This document shows, in pieces, positions 33,410 to 64,000 of a DNA stretch of 64,000 nt (position 1 is its first letter; each line of letters starts with the position of its first letter). The notes beneath the pieces were generated by a model. That model was not told the DNA's origin. It worked only from the letters and a program-made list of their open reading frames with translations, and did not search any database. The stretch comes from Phaeosaccion multiseriatum (Eukaryota; Protista; Ochrophyta, other classes): the NCBI GenBank assembly GCA_965112735.1, contig OZ218956.1, positions 2,294,001-2,358,000 of the forward strand, given 5' to 3'. A program made the position numbers and the translations under genes.

Positions 33410-36400
33410 TCAGCCGAAGCTTCCCTCCTCTGCACCCTCCTCGCCGCCGTCGCTCCACGCCCCCCCCCCCTGCTTGCCCGCTGGGCTGCTCTGTCTGCTC
33501 TGCCGCCCTCCACCCCCCACTACTGCTGCAGCTGCTGCGGCTGCTGCCAATGCTGCTTCTGTGATTACCCTCCCAACTCCTCCCCCTCCTCCTCCTCCTC
33601 CTCCTCCTCCTCCTCCTCCTCCTCCTCCTCCTTCTCCTCCTCCTCCTCCTGCTCCTCCTCCTCCTCCTGCTCCTGCTCCTCCTCCTCCTCCTGCCCTCCC
33701 GCCGCCGCTGTTCCTGGCAGAGGGACTGCTTGTGGGCGTGTAGTCTGGGCTCAGGCTAAGGTTCCGCTGCAACCTCTCTCTCTTGACCGCAGCCGCCGCC
33801 GCCGCCAACTTGGCCTGCTTTGCCTGCGCCAGCCAGTGCTTGGCCTCCTCCAAAGGATTCCGTTGGCCCATCATAGCTGCCTGCTGCCGTTCGTGGGCGG
33901 TGTAGCGTCTCTGCTTCGCCGCTTCGTAGCACCTTTGTAGGTTCGGAGGGAGACAGGAAAAGACAGGACAGGAGAGGACAGAGAAGGACGGGAGAGTATG
34001 CAGTGGCAGTTTGAGCGCCACAGACGGTAAGGCGAGAGAGAAAAAGAGGCTAGCGAAGGAGCCAGAGCAGCGAGGGGGGGAACAAACACCGTGAGTGGGG
34101 TGAGAGGGCGGGTGCGTGTGTGCGTGTGTGCGTGTGTGCGTGTGTGCGTGTGTGCGTGCGAGCTCGCGCTTGCGTGCGTGTGTGTGAGCGTGTTCAGGGA
34201 GAGAACTGGGGGGCGACCGGTTCCTGAAACTCAACGAGACTCGCCTCGCTGCAACCACCCGCCCACAGAGCTCTAAAACTAACGAACCCAGCGACTGCGC
34301 GACTGCCTGCCAGTCTTCCTGCCCACCTGCCTGCCTGCCCAAATGCCTGCCTGCCTGCCTGCCTGCCCATATGCCTGCCTGCCTGACCTCTGAAAGCCAT
34401 CAATCGCGTCGTCGTGGTGCCCCAGATGCATGTGACACACGGCCATACTGTGTACTGTCACGGCATGCATGCCGCACGCCGCCACGCTGCGCTCGAACAG
34501 GTGCAGCGCCCCCGCGTAGTCCTGTTTGGGGCAAGGCGGGAGGACAGGAGGAGATGACAGGAGGGGATGACAGGAGGAGGAGGAGGAGGAGGAGGAGGAG
34601 GCATCCGGAGGCATTCACGATGCATTCAGGGGTGAATTTAGAGACAATGTTCAGACGCGGTGAGCTGCGATTAGAGGGAGGGGGACAGCACCGGGACAGC
34701 ACCGGGACAGCAGCGGCCACAGTGAACCCCCTTCTTTCGAACAGCAGGCCAGTCATCCCCCCCTGATGACCCGTCGACCTCCCTGCTCTCGCTTCCCCTC
34801 TCCTCCCCCTCCTTCCATACCTTCATAGCCATGAGCACTCTTGCGGCGTCGAAGTTTACGTCCTTCCTCTCCTGTAGCTGAAAAGTCGATGCCGCCACCA
34901 GCTCCATGTCGGTCCTCACGTCCGCCCATGCCGCCGGAGACAGCTCCGTCTGGGAGAGGTGCTGGATCAGCCCTATAGGGAGAGAGAGGGAGGGAGGGAG
35001 GGAGGGAGTGGGGGGAGAGGGAGGGAGGTGGAGAGGGAGAGAGAGATATCAGTTATCGGTTTTGAGTTCTCCGTTCTCAGCGCCGAAGAGTGGTATTGGG
35101 ATGGATGACCCACCCCCCCACCCTGCACACGCACCGTTCTTGAACTTGTAGAAGACGTCGGGGTCGTGCCTGGAGAGCCTCAGCACGGCAAGGATGTGCT
35201 TCAGGGAAGGCTCTGGAACCTCCTCCTTGAGAGAGCGTTGTAAGGCAGTGAAGCTCTCCGGCCCGAAACTGGAGAGGCGAGAGGGGAAGGGAGTGAGGCG
35301 GAGGTTGTGTGGCAAAGGGACAAGCATGAAGATACAGTTACACACCAACAAGAAGCCGGTGATACAGTAGGAGGCGTGTAGGGGGGTTGCGGGATGGGAA
35401 GGGAACTTCTCAGAGTCGCGCAGCAAGAAGCGAGGTCCAGGCAGTCTCTTTCAGTGGGTAACTGCGGCACTTGGCTCTCTGCGCCGTGCGGAGCAGCATG
35501 CTTCGACACGGAGACAAGAGACAGGCGAACATACCCACCCCGTACCTTAACACAATGCCCTCCCTCTCCCCCCTCCCCACCTCCCTCCCTCCTTCCCTCC
35601 CTCCCGGACTTACGCGCTCATTCCGCTCTCCCAATCGAGCCTCGTCTCTTCCATGCGCGACTCCTCCAGCCCCAGAAACAGAGCTTGGCATTTGAAGCCC
35701 TCCTGGGGGTCCGGGTCCACGAGTGCACCAAATGGCGGCGACGAATGACCATTGGTTATGCGAGGTTTCAAGGGGGGGGGGGTCACTGAACCTTTCCCCT
35801 TTACTTAACTCGACTGACTAATGATCGGCAGGGAAGACAGGTATGGACAAGCAGGCAGACACACAGACACACACACAGCCAGGCAGACAGACAGATAGAC
35901 GGGCGGCTGGCTGATCCACCCACCCAACCACCCACCCACCCACGCAACCCACCTGATAAGAGTTGCACAGCGAGAAGCCCCCCGTGAGAGCGGCGTACCG
36001 GGCCAGGGCATCGAAGTTCACCATACACGAGAAGGCCCCGTGCGTGGCGATGTGCGGATTCTTGGTGCTGGTGGCCATCTCCAGAGGGGAGTTGTACCCC
36101 TTGTCCCCCACAATCAACACCGTCCTACCCGACCCTACCCGAGACAGGTATCTGAGCAGGCGCAGGCCCCCCAGGGGTATCATGAGGCCAGTACCGCCGT
36201 CGGATTGGTCCTTGGCACGGGCTGCTGCCGCTGCCGCCGCTGCTGCCGCTGCCCTCTTTTCGTCCTCTGTGAGACAGGCGTCTTGTGCTGCGGACACTGC
36301 TGCCGCCGCCGCTGCCGCTGCTGCGACCTCTTGCGCTGCCACCATCGGGTCTGCCGCCACCATCGGGTCTGCAGCCGCCGTAGTAGCAGTAGCAGTCGCA

Positions 36401-39400
36401 GCAGTAGAAGGGGGGGGCACTGGAGGAAGCCCCTTGGTGCCAACTACAGCAGGACTAAGTCCTCTGGTACGAACAACCAAAGGACTTGCTCCCCCTGCTC
36501 CTGCTGCTCCTGCTGCTCCTGCTTCTGCTGTAGGTTGTGTAACAGGGCTCGGGCTGCGGCTCCTCCTACTCCCCCTTCGCCCCCCTCCCCCCCCTCCTCC
36601 TCCTCCTCCTCCTCCTCCTCCTCCTCCTCCTCCTCCTCCTCCTCCTCCTCCTCCTCTTCCTGCCTTCTCTGCTGCTGCGGCTTCTGCGGCCGCTTGTAGC
36701 GCCGCAACTTGGGCTATCCTTTCTGCCTCCACCGCGGCCTTGCGCGCTTTCTCCGCCCGTGCCTTTTCCTTATCCACCCCGAACTCTTTCAAGATGAGTG
36801 GGTCTGTGAAGTACGCTTGCAGGATAGGGTTAAAGTCGCCGTCGTCCTTCTTGCCTGTGTGCGGCATGGCAGTCCATCAGTCGGCAGAGTAGGACAAGGG
36901 GGGGGGGGAGGAGGCGAACACATACACACACACACACGCGCGCGCGCGGAGCTCAGCATTAGCGTGACAGTGCGTTCGTCCGTCCACGGCTTCCCAAATA
37001 AAAGAGTCCAACAGTGCGAAAGGACGTTACATTGTAAGACAGATGCATACAAAAGAACCATTTGTCAATGAAAAGAGAGGAGGAGCTGCACTAACTTACG
37101 AGTCAGGTCAGGTCAGTCAGTCAGTCAGTCAGTCAGTCAGTTAGTCAGTCAGTCAGTCAGTCCGTCAATCAGATCAGTCAGCCAGCAAGCCAGTCCGTCA
37201 ATCAGTTAGTCCAGTTACCTGTCAGTGGGACAGCCCCCTTGTCTTGCCCGAACTGTACCTCCTCCTCCTCCTCCTCCTCGTCGTCCTCCTCCTCCCCTCG
37301 CCCTGGATCCCCACCTCCTCCTCCTCCTTCTCCGTCCTCCGCAAGGTTGTTCAGGCTGACACTGCTGCCCTTGCTCCTCCTCCTTCTCCTCCTCCTCCTC
37401 CTGTCGGCCCGACTCATGTCACCAGCGATGCCATACAGCGGTGCAGACGGCTCCTCAATACGCGTCTGCTCCGTGCCACTCGTCCACTGCACCTTCAAGC
37501 CCTCGATGCTCTTGAGAGTCAGTGAGCGGTAGTCCGCAGGGAGGGCCGCCTCCGAGGAGAGACTCACGCGGTTCTCGTAGATGCTGCTTGCAGTAAGTGT
37601 CACAAGCGTCACAGCGTCAGACAGCAAAGGGGATGGGGGGAAGGGGGATGGTGTGTGTGCGCGGGGGGGGGGCGGATGTGAAGAGGGCTCCCTCTTCCCC
37701 TCTCTCTCACTCTCCTTTCGACGCACAAGTCAAGCCCCCTTGGTGAATGGGCAGCACAAACGACCCAACCTACACTATGACAACCCAAGCAGCAGCAACA
37801 GCAACGCAAAACCACAGCAGCCGCAGTAGTTGGTGATACAGAGCTTCAGCCTCCCCCCAGCCTGTGCAGTACGCACACTTACCTCCCGTCCTGGTGTATT
37901 CGGAACGCGTCCTGCACGAGTGTGTCGATAACGTAGTTAGCAATGGCGACGACTGGGTTACGCAGCGAATGAAGGTCCAACTGCTCTCCGCTGGCCTGCA
38001 GCTTGAGAGTGCTCGGTAGAGCCTGCAGGACGACGACAGGAGGGGCGGGGAGAGCAAGGCGACGAGAGGAGGACATGACGACGAGAGGGGGGGGGGAGGT
38101 CAGAGGGGCAGAGGGGGAGAGAGCAAGACAAGGACATAGCGGACGGATCCGTCTCAAACCCACCCTATCCACTCTGTCTAAGGGACGCCCTAACCAAAAG
38201 ACGTACAGGAAACAGCGCACCTGGGCCTCTGCGTCCAGAATGGCAAAGTCGAGAATGCCCATCTCGACAAAGTGCCTGAGGGCCGGATGTCGTAAGCAAA
38301 AGTCTACGCTACCCTGCGTCACGTCCGTCAAAATGTAACGGAAGGGCAGCGAAGCCACTCCCGCCTCTTCCTCCTCTTCCTCCTCCCCGTCTATTGGCTC
38401 TGCTGCCGAATCACCAACTGCTGCTGCTGCTGCTGCTGCTACTGTTGCTGCTTCTGTCGCTGCTGAGACCTCTCGGCCACTTTCCTCCTCCGTGCCCCCC
38501 TCTCCTCCTTCCGCGCCTTCGTCGTTGCCGTTCCTGCCTTCCCCTTCTATTGCCTCTCCTCCTTCTCCTGCTGCTGTGGCCCCTACCCCTCCTCCTGCTG
38601 CTGCTTCTTCCCCTCTCCTTTCTCCTTCTCCTTCTCCTTCTCCTTCTCCTCCTCCTCCTCCTCCTCCTCCTCCTCCTCCTCCTCCCCCTCCTCCTTCTTC
38701 CCGTCCTTCTCCTTCTCCCCCCCCCCCCCTTTCAGCTGCCCCTTCCCCTCCCGGTGTGTTTCTCTTTCTTCTCCTCCTCTTCAATTTAGGCAGGAACTCC
38801 TCCATCTCCAGCAGCTTGTTGAGGAACAGATAGGAGAACTTGCCGTGCCCGGCCCCGAGCTCTATAATGTACATAGGCTGCTCTGCATCCGCGTCGTCGC
38901 CATTGTTGAGGTACCAGTCTCGCATCACATGCGCTACTGTTTGTGCATATGAGGCTGCTATGAAACAGTTGGTGGTAACGAAGCTGGGCACCACCATTCG
39001 CTCCCAGCATTGGATGTGGAACCGCTCGTAAAACATCCTGTGTGAAGATGGAAGGGGCCGAGGGGCGGGCGTTTCAGGTTGTCCAGAAATGGAGGCTGAA
39101 CATTGCTGGGGAAAGAACCACTTTCCTCTGCCGTCGGATACACATACACACACGTAGGCAAGCACATGCAAACTGCACGCACACACACACACAGACGCCA
39201 CACACTTCCTCTCTATCTTTCTTTCACACACACACACACACGCACACACACACACACGCACACACGCACACACACACACATACGAAACGCACCTCTGCAG
39301 CTTCCACAGCTTTGAGTCCCTGAGAGGCACCTCCTTCTCCAGGAACTGCAGCACCACGTCCTTGCGCATGTGATCGCTGCCCGTGGTGGGGCTGGCCTTG

Positions 39401-39982
39401 GTGCCGAACTTTCCTCTTGGGGTCGAGTGACCACTACTTCTTCCGCCTCCGCTGCCACCACCACCACCACTACTGCTACTGTGGTTACTGCCGTTGACTG
39501 TCCTGTGATTGATGTTGCCATTATTGCCGTTCATATGCACGTCTCTCCCCGCCTCGCCGCCTTCGGGGTAGTCTGTAGTCTCCATGCCGTCTCCATCCAT
39601 CTGGTCGTGGGGCTCCTGCCCATGTGAGCACACCGATTCGGGTGGGGGGGAGAACGATGTGAGAATGGAGGAAGGAGAGGGCGGAAGATGGAGCAGGTGT
39701 CAACAATTGACGAACGCTGGCAAGGAGTGTATCCGAAGTCTTCACCCAACAACGAGAGGTTTCGCCTGGAGCTAGAACACCACAGGATCTTCCTCCACGA
39801 GAGAGTAGGAGAGTCGGCACATGCTTGTAGCTTTCAATGCAGCTCTTCCTCCCACCCCCCCGACAGCTCACGAGCAAGGTAGAGCAATTGGCGGGGATGG
39901 ACAAGACCCGCGAAGGATCAGACCGGATCGGCTTCCACCGACCCAAGGTACTCACCGTCGAACAGTCCAAGATGTTTCCCAT
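33410..39982 (-). CDS. SAM-dependent methyltransferase (MidA/NDUFAF7-like fold) with C-terminal TPR, about 11 exons
   Basis: SKLWKLQRMFY, VVPSFVTTNCFIAASYA, motif I YIIELGAGHGKFSYLF, YILTD, IANYVIDTL, LIVGDKGY, HGAFSCMVNFDAL, and TPR DYAGALHLFERS...MAVCHMHLGHHDDAIDGF. Exons join in frame. The first micro-exon 39982-39956 is inferred. Confidence 0.8.
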
Positions 39983-40454
39983 GATTACGGTCCTTTGCCG
40001 CACTGGAGGTAAGTTCCCCTTTGGTGGTGAGTAAGAGATTAAATTTCAGCACTCGGTGCGTGGCATTATCCACTTCTCTACCACTTATGGTACTCAACGC
40101 CCCCAACAGAAAGAAATGATCGCTCGTAAAACTCTGCAAAGAACACAGAGGAGGCCGGAAGAGAGATGAGGAGGAGGGAACTTGCCTCCTTTTTCCCCCC
40201 TCGTAGTACTGTATATCGACCTTGCCCATAGGCTTCTAAATGTATCATCACAAGCATACGGGCATGGGACATCTGAAACGCTCTAATCGTGAAATCGTGG
40301 TAAAGGAGGGGAGCCAGAACAGGGAGGACGTAGAGAGCGGGAGGAGGAGAGTCCAGAGTCATGGTACTCACCTCTGCCTTCCGAGAGACGTAGAGTGGCA
40401 GCAGCCGCTAGAAAGGAGAGAGCCCTGCCCAGGGAGAGGCAGAGCGTGATAACG

Positions 40455-64000
<23,546 letters not shown>

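Noticed and set aside
37862-37882. 21-nt micro-intron in the methyltransferase gene
   Set aside because: Using that acceptor gives an immediate stop, while the acceptor near 37584 restores the frame.
39837-40034. Plus-strand mini-ORF as an upstream dynein exon overlapping the methyltransferase first exon
   Set aside because: It shows no homology, and the dynein model is complete from the ATG at 40455.

Overview
Eukaryotic, intron-rich genomic DNA. It most likely comes from a flagellated photosynthetic stramenopile (ochrophyte): two genes have signal-peptide plus ASAF(AP)-type plastid presequences, and an axonemal dynein is present. About 13 spliced genes can be rebuilt by hand: a PDI-C/ERGIC-thioredoxin protein (5'-partial), BRX1, a FAM133-like protein, two tandem orphan paralogs, U2AF35, a plastid-targeted degenerate YggS/PLPBP-like protein, a SRAP/HMCES protein with PIP-like and UIM motifs, an ankyrin protein, an RNF32-like protein, an HSF transcription factor, a plastid desaturase without cytochrome b5, a SAM-methyltransferase-TPR protein with a putative N-acylation motif, and a DNAH6-like dynein heavy chain (3'-partial). 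Four gene pairs are head-to-head. Non-coding features are two families of small TIR elements with TCG(A/G)CCCC termini and apparent 4-bp target duplications, introns with purine-rich 5' and pyrimidine-rich 3' ends, microsatellites that start at splice donors, large tetranucleotide arrays concentrated in the dynein introns, and two GC-AG introns. Most long ORFs in the six-frame track are microsatellite artefacts. Family calls rest on motifs recognised by eye, not database searches, and exon boundaries are manual.
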